A stretch of 64,000 nt of DNA from Candidatus Cloacimonadales bacterium (lineage in GTDB: Bacteria; Cloacimonadota; Cloacimonadia; Cloacimonadales; JAFGVF01): the NCBI GenBank assembly GCA_963662585.1, contig OY759729.1, forward strand, positions 800,001 to 864,000, in the 5' to 3' direction. Made by a program: the position numbers and the translations under genes. The first letter of the stretch is position 1, and each line of letters begins with the position of its first letter. Positions 1 through 9,142 of this stretch are shown one piece after another. The notes below the pieces were generated by a model. That model saw only the letters and a list, made by a program, of their open reading frames with translations. It was not told the origin of the DNA and ran no database searches.

Positions 1-319
1 CAATATAGTAATTCTCATTTTTTAGAACTTCATCAACTACTTTTTTGCATTCATCAATAATTTGATTAACTGTTAATACTCCAGAATTCTTCATATCTAA
101 CAAATCTTGCGGACTCAGTAAAACTAAATCTGCAACGCTATAAATGTAGTAATCTGAACAAACATTTTTTGCTCTTTTTTTTAATAAAAGATTTTCAATA
201 CTAATTTTTGACAGAACACTATTAACGAATTCACATGTTAAGCCAAACAAGACTATAATACTTTTATCTTTATATTTATCTTCTAAAAAGTTCATGTTAC
301 TAACCCATAAAGGATTCAT
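1..319 (-). CDS. Partial CDS (runs off left edge) with an RNA polymerase alpha-CTD-like helix-hairpin-helix domain
   Basis: Manual translation from ATG 319 (or 295) is open to base 1: ...SIENLLLKKRAKNVCSDYYIYSVADLVLLSPQDLLDMKNSGVLTVNQIIDE, matching the alpha-CTD pattern IEDL.LS.R..N.L....I..V.DL......DLL..KN.G..S..EI. Not in the ORF track because it is truncated. Confidence 0.6.
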   Translation of the reverse strand, partial: MNPLWVSNMNFLEDKYKDKSIIVLFGLTCEFVNSVLSKISIENLLLKKRAKNVCSDYYIYSVADLVLLSPQDLLDMKNSGVLTVNQIIDECKKVVDEVLKNENYYI

Positions 320-453
320 TTTTTTTCTTCAAGGAATACAGGCCTAAGATCTTTTGCCATATAGTTAATTCCCTCCATTGACTTAGTTTTTTTGTCTTGG
401 GAATCAATTATAATTGGTGTATTAAGCTCACTGTTCCAAAAGATTTCTATCAT
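316..453 (-). pseudogene. 45-aa ORF, possible N-terminal remnant of a PAPS-reductase-family protein
   Basis: AAGGAG RBS then MIEIFWNSELNTPIIIDSQDKKTKSMEGINYMAKDLRPVFLEEKK*. The stop follows an A-tract and overlaps the next ATG (ATGA). DLRPVF.EE recalls that family's N-terminal motif. Confidence 0.3.
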
Positions 454-717
454 CAAAAATACTCCTTTATTTCATTTTCTTAGCAACCCAGCACAAAATG
501 TTATTTTATTAACATTCAATTTCAAACATATTAACCAAGATTTTAAGTTTTGTAAATTCATGTCAAGTTATTTTGTTATTTATGGGATAATTTTCTTCTT
601 TACAAACTAGTCAAGCCCTTGACTCTTTTAAAGGAAAATTTAAATCTTAAATTTAAGGATAGCAATTAGGGTAAATTCAGATAAGTTGGTAAAGGATAAG
701 TTTAATTTTTGGGGATA

Positions 718-901
718 GGGATTTGGTCATTGCAATCGCAATAATGCGAGCCAGAGTCCCACACTCCCAGTTAGGGATTTGGTCTGTGTGCAGGCAAGAT
801 GCCTGCGTTCCCAGTTAGGGATTTGGTCATTGCAATCGCAATGATGCGGGCCAGAGTCCCACACTCCCAGTTAAAGGTGTTTCGCAGGCAAGGTGCCTGC
901 A
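718..901. repeat. REP-like palindrome mosaic (A-B-A-B')
   Basis: Two copies of gggatttggtcattgcaatcgcaat(a/g)atgcg(a/g)gccagagtcccacactcccagtta 100 bp apart, alternating with gcaggcaag(a/g)tgcctgc hairpins. Confidence 0.85.
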
Positions 902-924
902 ATCCGGCAAGAAGAGGTCTAATC

Positions 925-2028
925 TTAATTAAATTTCCTCTTAGCACTTTTAAAGACATAAGACCCTTGAATATCTTCGAATTGGCGAATCTCTTCAATC
1001 TTATTGTTATCAGTAAAGACTATTTCTAGCTTACGGGATCCTGAATCATTTTTTGAGTATTCTTTAGTTTTCTCTTTTTCATCTTCAGTGATAATTTGGT
1101 AAAGGACCTTTGTTTCAGCCAACATAGATTCAGGTTCTTTATCTTTAAAGAAGATATCAATTCTTTCAGCAGTCAGCCAATTAGTAAAATCTTCTTTTTC
1201 TTCAAAGGAGAAGTCTAATCTACAATCATTAATAAATTCTACTTGTGAGAGTTTATTTTCTACAAAGTAGAGATTAAATGTTTCAGCTCTACCAATCCCA
1301 AAATCTGTTTCAATTTTTGGATCACCAGTAAATACAGCTTTACCATCTTCAGTATAATAGATTAGGAAATTACTATAGATATCTGCTTCAGAAAGTCTAG
1401 TATGGGTATTATAAGTTGCGACAATTTTATTAAAATCTGCAAAATACTCCATCTTTTCCGCCCTAATAGTTAAGGAATCTTTCTTATTTTCAATCAGGGG
1501 ATTTATCTTCATGAAGCCATAACCATCATTGCGACGATATTCCAAATAACCTGCAGTAGCCGTAATATTCTCTGTATATTCTTGAGCAAGCACACTTTTG
1601 GAAGCGATAATTTCTTCTATCTTTCGATTATAAATTAGGGTATCAGCCTGAAATTCTCTCTTGATAATGTTATTAGAATCATATTCATAAGCTACCACAT
1701 TACCAGTAAATTCTACTATCTCATCGATGTTATTATAATAGGCATAATCTGATTTAATAGTCAAAGTATCTCTTTTTACCACGACATTATTGAAGAGTTT
1801 GGCTGTTTCAGTTAGTTCTACAATTGTTCCCTTATCGCAAAAGAATTCTATTTGGCCATAGAAGAAATGCACATTGCCACTCATATTGAGAATATATTTC
1901 TCTTTATTCTTATTGAGAACAACGCTATCTGAGTTAATTATTTTGTAGCTTTTATCATCTACTAGCTCTTTACTCAGGATTATTGTTACGCTTATTACGA
2001 TCAGAAATATCGCTAAAAGCTTTTTCAT
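925..2028 (-). CDS. lptA: LptA/OstA-like beta-jellyroll LPS transport periplasmic protein
   Basis: Signal peptide MKKLLAIFL... (likely start 2028), repeated GNV-type OstA motifs, directly downstream of lptC. Confidence 0.75.
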   Translation of the reverse strand: MKKLLAIFLIVISVTIILSKELVDDKSYKIINSDSVVLNKNKEKYILNMSGNVHFFYGQIEFFCDKGTIVELTETAKLFNNVVVKRDTLTIKSDYAYYNNIDEIVEFTGNVVAYEYDSNNIIKREFQADTLIYNRKIEEIIASKSVLAQEYTENITATAGYLEYRRNDGYGFMKINPLIENKKDSLTIRAEKMEYFADFNKIVATYNTHTRLSEADIYSNFLIYYTEDGKAVFTGDPKIETDFGIGRAETFNLYFVENKLSQVEFINDCRLDFSFEEKEDFTNWLTAERIDIFFKDKEPESMLAETKVLYQIITEDEKEKTKEYSKNDSGSRKLEIVFTDNNKIEEIRQFEDIQGSYVFKSAKRKFN

Positions 2029-2563
2029 TGGCCACTCCTTCACCCGAAACTTTTTCCATTTTTGTCATTTCTAATTTAGAATTTGTTTCTAAATTATAGC
2101 CATTAAGCACAGTAGATTGGTCCCAGAAATCTACTTCTCCAGGACAGATAATTTTATCACCTGTTCTATCCCAATAGGCTAAATCTGTTTCAATTCTTCT
2201 AATATCACCATACTTAAAGACCACATTACCAATACCTCTGATAATATTTGATTTATCATCAATAATAGTGCTATCACAGGTAACTGTAGAGATGATACCT
2301 GTACCTTCTTCAACAGTAACAATATAGACAGAGTCTGCGATTGTTCTCTGTTTTTCATAATAGCGAGTTATACTTCTAGCTTTTAGTAAGTATTCCAATT
2401 TATCACCATTATATTTCTTCATTTCTACATTTTTACTGTTCTCATCAGGGGCACTTCTATCTAAGTCAACAGCTAGATTGGGCGTTGTAGTTTCACAGCC
2501 GATAAAAGCTAGTGATATTATTAATAAAAGACTAAAGAGTAAAGTTTTCAATAGATTTTTCAT
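1970..2563 (-). CDS. lptC: LPS export protein LptC (lipoprotein)
   Basis: Lipobox LAFIGC, GNVV and ETD.AYWD motifs, kdsC-lptC-lptA order; likely start 2563. Confidence 0.8.
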   Translation of the reverse strand: MKNLLKTLLFSLLLIISLAFIGCETTTPNLAVDLDRSAPDENSKNVEMKKYNGDKLEYLLKARSITRYYEKQRTIADSVYIVTVEEGTGIISTVTCDSTIIDDKSNIIRGIGNVVFKYGDIRRIETDLAYWDRTGDKIICPGEVDFWDQSTVLNGYNLETNSKLEMTKMEKVSGEGVANEKAFSDISDRNKRNNNPE

Positions 2564-3059
2564 ATAAATCCTGAGCATCTAAAATTATATCAATTAATTC
2601 TCGGACAGCACCTTCCCCGCCTTTAGTCTTAGTTATTAAATCGACAAAAGGTTTGATAGCTTCATTTCCATCCAAAGGTGTAGCTGCGAATCCAGCTCTA
2701 GTTAAGATAGGATAATCATTCCAATCATCCCCCATATAAGCTAAATTATCCCAATCTAAGTTTAATTTTGTTAGAAGTTCTTGCATCTTCTCAGCTTTAT
2801 TCTCAATATTTTGATAAAGATGCTCGATTTTGAGATCTTGACATCTACGGGCCAATACTTCTGAGCTTCTCCCAGTAATTACTGCCGGAATTAAGCCTGC
2901 TCGTTTAAGCATCATAATACCCATTCCATCTTTAGCTGAAAAATTCTTTTGCTCTAGAATTGACTTGTCAGCAGTCTGAATATAAGTTATCTTACCATCA
3001 GTTAAAACCCCATCACAATCGAAACAAACTAATTTTATCTTATTTAATTTATCTAGCAT
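2532..3059 (-). CDS. kdsC: KDO 8-phosphate phosphatase (HAD family)
   Basis: FDCDGVLTDG, ITGR, YMGDDWND, GGEGAVRE motifs. Confidence 0.95.
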   Translation of the reverse strand: MLDKLNKIKLVCFDCDGVLTDGKITYIQTADKSILEQKNFSAKDGMGIMMLKRAGLIPAVITGRSSEVLARRCQDLKIEHLYQNIENKAEKMQELLTKLNLDWDNLAYMGDDWNDYPILTRAGFAATPLDGNEAIKPFVDLITKTKGGEGAVRELIDIILDAQDLYEKSIENFTL

Positions 3060-3846
3060 TCCAAATCCTTATACAATCTTTTAATAGTTTTTCCATTTTG
3101 CCTAATTCAAACATTGATTTTGCATCACTCAGAGCTTTTAAAGGTTGAGGATGAGTTTCAAGGAATAATCCATTTACGCATCCACTTGCTAAAGCTGATT
3201 TAGCCATCATAGGAACATTTTCAGGAGTCCCCCCAGATATTTTACCTATTGAAGGTTGTTGCAGAGAATGAGTTACATCATACACTACTGGATAGCCAGC
3301 TTCTTGCATTATAGCAAAGTTGCGAAAATCAACCACTAAATTATGATAACCAAAGGAAGTTCCTCTTTCTGTTAAAAGAATTTTCTTATTCCCTGTAGAA
3401 GCCACCTTTTCTGAAGCTATAATAACATCTTCTCCAGCCATGAATTGAGCTTTCTTGATATTTACTATTCTCCCACTCTTTCCTGATTCTACTAAGAGGT
3501 CAGTTTGACGGGATAAGAAGGCGGGAATCTGAAGGATATCAGCTACTTCTGCTACAGGTCGGACTTCACAAGTCTCGTGAATATCAGTAACGATAGGCAC
3601 ATCAAAATCTTGCTTAATTTGAGCCAATATCTTTAATCCCTCGTCAATCCCAACCCCTGTATAAGATTCAAGAGATGTACGATTTGCCTTTTTGAAAGAA
3701 GCTTTAAAAATAAAAGGAATTTGTAATTCGTCTGTTATCCTTTTTAATTCTTCAGCAATCTGATACATAATCGCTTCAGATTCAATCACACAAGGCCCTG
3801 CAAGAAGAAAGAAATTCTCGCTTTGCTTTAATATATTATACATCAT
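3049..3846 (-). CDS. kdsA: KDO 8-phosphate synthase
   Basis: AGPCVIES, KASFKKANRTS, QIPAFLSRQTDL, ERGTSFGY, DVTHSLQQP. Confidence 0.97.
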   Translation of the reverse strand: MMYNILKQSENFFLLAGPCVIESEAIMYQIAEELKRITDELQIPFIFKASFKKANRTSLESYTGVGIDEGLKILAQIKQDFDVPIVTDIHETCEVRPVAEVADILQIPAFLSRQTDLLVESGKSGRIVNIKKAQFMAGEDVIIASEKVASTGNKKILLTERGTSFGYHNLVVDFRNFAIMQEAGYPVVYDVTHSLQQPSIGKISGGTPENVPMMAKSALASGCVNGLFLETHPQPLKALSDAKSMFELGKMEKLLKDCIRIWNAR

Positions 3847-4720
3847 TCATTCCTCAAATATAGTTTTTTTTAGTTTATTTTGAAGGAGAATTATCGTCAA
3901 GCAGAATTTATTTTAAGAATGGATCTTAAGAAATAAGCAGATGCCAACAGTAAGAAGAAAGACCCCGTCATCTTCAAGATTTGAAAGACCCATGGAAGCA
4001 AGGACCCTTCCATTCCCTAGCCATTTCTCGAATTCTTTATCCACATTCCTTGGTCTTCTCTTCTTCCATAACTGATATTTCAATGAAGATTCGAAATTTA
4101 TCTGTATTGAGTGAGAAGGAGCATTAAGAGAATAGAGAAATAGTAGCGAAAATCCGATTATTTTGCCCCAAAAGAAGGAATTTTGATATATTTTTAATAA
4201 AAATTTAAAAAAGTGGACCAATTTCGGAAAAAGTGGGCCCTATAGTATTATAGAAGCTTTTATTGAAAACATAACTTAAAATGATTAAAAAACTTTTATC
4301 CTAATTTAGATAATATGAACAAACAGAATAAGTCATTAGGAGTATCAATGAAAAAAAAATTCTAAAAATTTTAAAAAATATATTCTCCTGAGAATATTAA
4401 TTAAAGTAAAATGTATTTTATTGAATTACAATTATATAGCACTATTTTTCTAAGTAAAAAGTTACAAATATTTCAGCTTTCTGATAGACTTAAAAATTTG
4501 TTTTATTGCTATATTACAATTTTTTACTTGACAAATTTTCTATGTTTATTATAAGTGATTTCATAAGTTCATTGATATTTAAAGGAGAAACTGTATGTAA
4601 GGTTTAATAGAAAAAATTACTTTTGTAGGTACTATGTAGTTGAGCTTAGGTTAAATTTATATAAGGAAGGCTGTTTTAAGCAGTAGAGAGGAAAATTCAC
4701 CAATAAGAAAAAAGAGGACA

Positions 4721-5347
4721 ATGTATATGAAAAATTTATTTGTAAAATATGATGGTAGGAATAACAAGTATGTAGTTGAGTTAGACGGTGTAGCAAGAAT
4801 TAATTTAAAGTCAAGTATAGGATCAAAATGTCTATATCTATTAGTAAAGAATGCAGGACGCTCCTATAATCCAACTGTGTTACGAGCACTTATTTCACAG
4901 AATATTGAGATTCCGCAAGATACTATAGACGAATTTGAGCTTACAAGTAGTGAAGAACAATACTATTACCTAATATTTAATACTTTTATTCCAACAATTG
5001 ATATGAAGACCTTATTAAATGTTAGAAAAAGAATTAAAAAAATTGAAGAAGAATTATTGGAAGCTGATAGAAATAATGATTTAAAGGGTAAAGATGACCT
5101 GATTTCAGAAAAAGAGTTTTGTGAGTCATATTTAAGTGATGCCCTAAACCAAAATGGAACTATTAAGAACTTAAATAAACACAATAGAAATGCCACTAAG
5201 TCTATTCAACGCGGATTAGAAGAGGTAATTGAAGATATTAACTTCCAATCACAAGAAATCTATGACATATTAAAAAAGAGCATAATTAAGACTTCTAACC
5301 AGATTAAATTTGTAGGTTTGGACCAAGAACTTAAGCGACGAGTTTAA
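4721..5347 (+). CDS. Hypothetical protein resembling the helical C-terminal domain of some large regulator/ATPase proteins
   Basis: GAGG RBS; segments GSKCLYLLVKNAGR, EELLEADRNNDL, RNATKSIQRGLEEVI; function not assignable. Confidence 0.6.
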   Translation: MYMKNLFVKYDGRNNKYVVELDGVARINLKSSIGSKCLYLLVKNAGRSYNPTVLRALISQNIEIPQDTIDEFELTSSEEQYYYLIFNTFIPTIDMKTLLNVRKRIKKIEEELLEADRNNDLKGKDDLISEKEFCESYLSDALNQNGTIKNLNKHNRNATKSIQRGLEEVIEDINFQSQEIYDILKKSIIKTSNQIKFVGLDQELKRRV

Positions 5348-5552
5348 GAGGTCTTGTAGCAGGCGAGGTATTTAAGTCCCCTCTGGAGAAGAGGGATTTA
5401 AGAAACACCCCGTCATCTTCGATGCCACCCCTCTTTTAGCGTGCCTTCAGCACTAAAGCGGGGAGTTTAAGAGGTCTAGAACGCGAGGTATTTAAGTCCC
5501 CTCTGGAGAAGAGGGGTGCCTGCGCAGCAGGTGGGGTGTTGGAAAAAAAATC

Positions 5553-5581
5553 TTGACAATTATTATCTTAACCATTACATT
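5553..5581 (+). promoter_or_regulatory. sigma70-type promoter of DUF559 copy 1
   Basis: TTGACA-17 bp-TACATT, then AGGAG RBS; copy 2 (6323-6351) has TACCTT. Confidence 0.65.
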
Positions 5582-5608
5582 ATATATATTATACTTTAGG
5601 AGAAGATT

Positions 5609-5992
5609 ATGGTTTCAGATTTTTACGATAATAATAAATTACATCAAAATGCTAGATTTCTAAGAAAAAATTCAACCCTTCCAGAAGTTCTCTTTTGGAT
5701 GCAGATTAAGAATAGTAAACTTGGTTATAAATTCATTCGTCAAAAAGTAATTGGTAGATTTATAGTTGATTTCTATTGTTCTCAACTTAAATTAATAGTT
5801 GAAATTGATGGTAGAGACCATGCACGAAAAGTAGATTATGACACACAGAGAGAAAATGAAATTAGGAAGTTAGGCTATGAATTTATTAGGTTTAGTAATG
5901 AGCAAATATATAACAATATAAGTGGGTGTATTGATTATCTAAAGCGATATATCGCTAAAGATCCCAATTGTGATACTTCTAATCCTTGGTAA
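5609..5992 (+). CDS. DUF559 (Vsr-like) endonuclease, copy 1
   Basis: ARFLRKNSTLPE..FW, KFIRQ, FIVDFYC, LIVEIDG.DH, IRFSNEQI. Confidence 0.93.
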   Translation: MVSDFYDNNKLHQNARFLRKNSTLPEVLFWMQIKNSKLGYKFIRQKVIGRFIVDFYCSQLKLIVEIDGRDHARKVDYDTQRENEIRKLGYEFIRFSNEQIYNNISGCIDYLKRYIAKDPNCDTSNPW

Positions 5993-6378
5993 TGATATAC
6001 AATATTTTTACAAGAAGAAGAAAGGCCTCCCCCTCTCAAAGAGGGATTTAAGAAACACCCCGTCATCTTCGATGCCACCCCTCTTTTAGCGTGCCTTCAG
6101 CACTAAAGCGGGGAGTTTAAGAGGTCTAGAACGCGAGGTATTTAAGTCCCCTCTGGAGAAGAGGGATTTAAGAAACACCCCGTCATCTTCGATGCCACCC
6201 CTCTTTTAGCGTGCTTTCAGCACTAAAGAGGGGAGTTTAAGAGGTCTAGAACGCGAGGTATTTAAGTCCCCTCTGGAGAAGAGTGGTGCCTGCGCAGCAG
6301 GTGGGGTGTTGGAAAAAAAATCTTGACAATTATTATCTTAACCATTACCTTATATATATTATACTTTAGGAGAAGATT

Positions 6379-6762
6379 ATGGTTTCAGATTTTTACGATA
6401 ATAATAAATTACATCAAAATGCTAGATTTCTAAGAAAAAATTCAACCCTTCCAGAAATTCTCTTTTGGATGCAGATTAAGAATAGTAAACTTGGTTATAA
6501 ATTCATTCGTCAAAAAGTAATTGGTAGATTTATAGTTGATTTCTATTGTTCTCAACTTAAATTAATAGTTGAAATTGATGGTAGAGACCATGCACGAAAA
6601 GTAGATTATGACACACAGAGAGAAAATGAAATTAGGAAGTTAGGCTATGAATTTATTAGGTTTAGTAATGAGCAAATATATAACAATATAAGTGGGTGTA
6701 TTGATTATCTAAAGCGATATATGGCTAAAGATCCCAATTGTGATACTTCTAATCCGTGGTAA
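6379..6762 (+). CDS. DUF559 (Vsr-like) endonuclease, copy 2
   Basis: Same as copy 1 except two substitutions (V>I, I>M). Confidence 0.93.
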   Translation: MVSDFYDNNKLHQNARFLRKNSTLPEILFWMQIKNSKLGYKFIRQKVIGRFIVDFYCSQLKLIVEIDGRDHARKVDYDTQRENEIRKLGYEFIRFSNEQIYNNISGCIDYLKRYMAKDPNCDTSNPW

Positions 6763-7176
6763 TGATATACAATATTTTTACAAGAAGAAGAAAGGCCGCC
6801 CCCTCTCAAAGAGGGATTTAAGAAAGGCCCCGTCATCTTCGATGCCACCCCTCTTTTAGCGTGCCTTCAGCACTAAAGCGGGGAGTTTAAGAGGTCTAGA
6901 ACGCGAGGTATTTAAGTCCCCTCTGGAGAAGAGGGATTTAAGAAACACCCGTCATCTTCGATGCCACCCCTCTTTTAGCGTGCTTTCAGCACTAAAGCGG
7001 GGAGTTTAAAAGGTCTAGAACGCGAGGTATTTAAGTCCCCTCTGGAGAAGAGGGGTGCCTGCGTAGCAGGTGGGGTGTTGAAAATGTAGCAGATTAAACT
7101 GCCATTTGTGTACCATTTTAAACTACCATCTACAATTGCACTAGCAATGATAATCTTTCTAACTGGGAATGCGGGA

Positions 7177-8895
7177 CAGACTGTGTGAAAATAGATATGT
7201 CAACATGTATAAATGTTTAATTAATGTATTTATTTTCTTGACAAACAGAACATTATATTTATATTGGAAACATAAATATAGGAGAAATATTATGGACTAT
7301 AAACAAGGCAAAGACAGACATCAAATTCAGTTTTTAACCTATGATTCTTTAATAGGAGAAAATCACCTTGTAAGAGTACTAGATCACTTTATAGACGGGC
7401 TCGATCTAGAGAAGTTTAATTTTACCTACACAAAACCAAAACGAGTTGGTAGAAAAGCTTATAATCCTAAATTCATGTTAAAATTGTATGTCTATGGATA
7501 TCTTAGAGGAATTGTATCAAGTCGAAAATTAGAGTTAGCTACTCACGAAAATATTCCATTTATATGGCTAATGAAAGAACTAAAACCTGATTTTAAAACA
7601 ATAGCTGATTTCAGAAAAAACAATGTAAAAAATATTAAATCCGTATTTATGGAATTCAATAAATACTCGGTATATATGAATTTAATTGACTTTGAATTAT
7701 TAGCTATAGATGGTACTTTTATTGATGCAGTTAACCATAATTCTAAAAATATATCAATAAACAAAATAAACACAATTTTGAAGAAAATAGAAGCTAAATT
7801 TGATACATTTAATGAACAATATTCGACTAATGACAAAGAACAAGAATCAAAAAATGATAAAAATGAGCAACATTTAGAAAGTATTGAAAAATTAAAAGAA
7901 AAAGAAGAGTTTTATTTAAACTTAAAACAAGAGTTAAAGGATAAGGGTTTAACACAAATTTCATATACAGATCCAGATAGTCGAATGATGCAAAAAGATG
8001 GAAGCAAGAGAGATGTATCGTATAATTGCCAAAGCGTAACAGACTCTAAAAACAATTTATTGTTAATGGTTGATGCCTGTAGTGATAATACAGATGCGAA
8101 GCAACTTTACAGGATGTCTTCATTAACCAAAGAAGCCTATAATTTGTCAGAATTTTCAGTTGTCGCTGATAAGGGTTATGGTTTTGGTAGAGAGATAAAA
8201 AAATGTAATGAAGATGGTATTAAAACATATGTAACTATGCAAGATTCAGAGAAAATGAAAGGTACTCCATTCGCAACCTCTAAGTTTAAATATGATAAAA
8301 TTAATGATTGTGTTATTTGTCCTAACAATAGAACATTAATCGCTAGTAGAAAGAGAAATGCTGATAGAGGTCATGAATATGGTAGTCGCAAAACATGCAA
8401 AGGTTGTCCAGATTTAAAAGCTTGTACTAATGACAATAAGCAACAATATAGAACATTTACATTGAATCCTTATTATGAATATGTGGAGAAACAACTTGAA
8501 ATTAATAAGGTAAGTAAGAATATACTAAGTCAACGAAAATGTATTGTTGAGCATCCTTTTGGAACAATAAAAAGGGATATGAATCAGGGTAGATTTTTAA
8601 CGAAAGGCTTAGAATCTGTTCGTGGTGAGTTTATGTTTACTGCACTGGCATATAATATTAAAAGAGTATTTAACATTCTCGGATTTAATAAAATGATGGA
8701 CTCCATAAATGCCTTTTTTAGGAGAGGTTCGTCCAAAGCTGTCTATTTTGTCAAAAACATAGTACTTTTGCTAAGAATAGCAATAAATATTGCCTTTTCG
8801 AGTGCTAAATTAGCCTGATACTCGAAATGAACAAAAAATCCAGATTTAAGTTTATCAAAACTCCCTTAAATCAAAAAGTGATTTCACACAGTCTG
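7177..8895 (+). mobile_element. IS1182-family insertion sequence (1719 bp)
   Basis: Terminal inverted repeats cagactgtgtgaaa / tttcacacagtctg; GGA repeated on both flanks (7174-7176, 8896-8898). Confidence 0.9.
7292..8818 (+). CDS. IS1182-family transposase
   Basis: GRKAYNP, SSRKLE, PDFKTIADFR, AIDGT, TDPDSR, ADKGY, VEHPFGTIK; GGAG RBS favours ATG 7292. Confidence 0.93.
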   Translation: MDYKQGKDRHQIQFLTYDSLIGENHLVRVLDHFIDGLDLEKFNFTYTKPKRVGRKAYNPKFMLKLYVYGYLRGIVSSRKLELATHENIPFIWLMKELKPDFKTIADFRKNNVKNIKSVFMEFNKYSVYMNLIDFELLAIDGTFIDAVNHNSKNISINKINTILKKIEAKFDTFNEQYSTNDKEQESKNDKNEQHLESIEKLKEKEEFYLNLKQELKDKGLTQISYTDPDSRMMQKDGSKRDVSYNCQSVTDSKNNLLLMVDACSDNTDAKQLYRMSSLTKEAYNLSEFSVVADKGYGFGREIKKCNEDGIKTYVTMQDSEKMKGTPFATSKFKYDKINDCVICPNNRTLIASRKRNADRGHEYGSRKTCKGCPDLKACTNDNKQQYRTFTLNPYYEYVEKQLEINKVSKNILSQRKCIVEHPFGTIKRDMNQGRFLTKGLESVRGEFMFTALAYNIKRVFNILGFNKMMDSINAFFRRGSSKAVYFVKNIVLLLRIAINIAFSSAKLA

Positions 8896-9111
8896 GGATT
8901 CCAGCCCGCATCATTGCACTAGCAATGATATATCTTCAATCCCAAAGGGATTTAACAAGAGCAGGCTGAGTACCGCCTGATGATGGAAGCAGGGACGCTT
9001 CCATTCCATAATTTAAGATTCACGGACTAAAGGTCCGTAACCCCAGTTAATGCAAGCAGGGGCCTATGGACTGGGGGCGTCTCTGCCGCCAGAAAAGATA
9101 AGTTCCATTCC
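8896..9111. repeat. Cluster of several REP-like hairpins
   Basis: cattgcactagcaatg; ggaagcagggacgcttcc; 9014-9049 is an exact reverse complement of 22676-22711; about 9064-9109 is an inverted single copy of the 50-bp unit at 12.8 kb. Confidence 0.8.
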
Positions 9112-9142
9112 ATAGCTCTTCCCCCTTCTAGAGCTAGAGAGT

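Larger units (their letters stand above)
5364..7081. repeat. 770-bp tandem duplication (about 2.2 units), each with 120-bp palindromic sub-repeats and a DUF559 gene
   Basis: cgaggtatttaagtcccctctggagaagag recurs at 5364, 5484, 6134, 6254, 6904 and 7023; the two genes start 770 bp apart. Confidence 0.95.

Noticed and set aside
771..1029. ORFs 771-998 and 799-1029 (also 12977-13219, 13128-13370, 22751-22984)
   Set aside because: They are translations of palindromic or tandem repeats, with no recognisable protein features
3913..4221. 102-aa ORF upstream of kdsA
   Set aside because: No recognisable motifs or clear RBS, and it spans REP fragments; probably spurious
5364..7081. CRISPR array with DUF559 as a Cas-like nuclease
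   Set aside because: The sequence between repeats is itself repeated; there are no variable spacers
7169..7291. N-terminal extension of the IS1182 transposase
   Set aside because: That ATG lies outside the left inverted repeat; the RBS supports 7292
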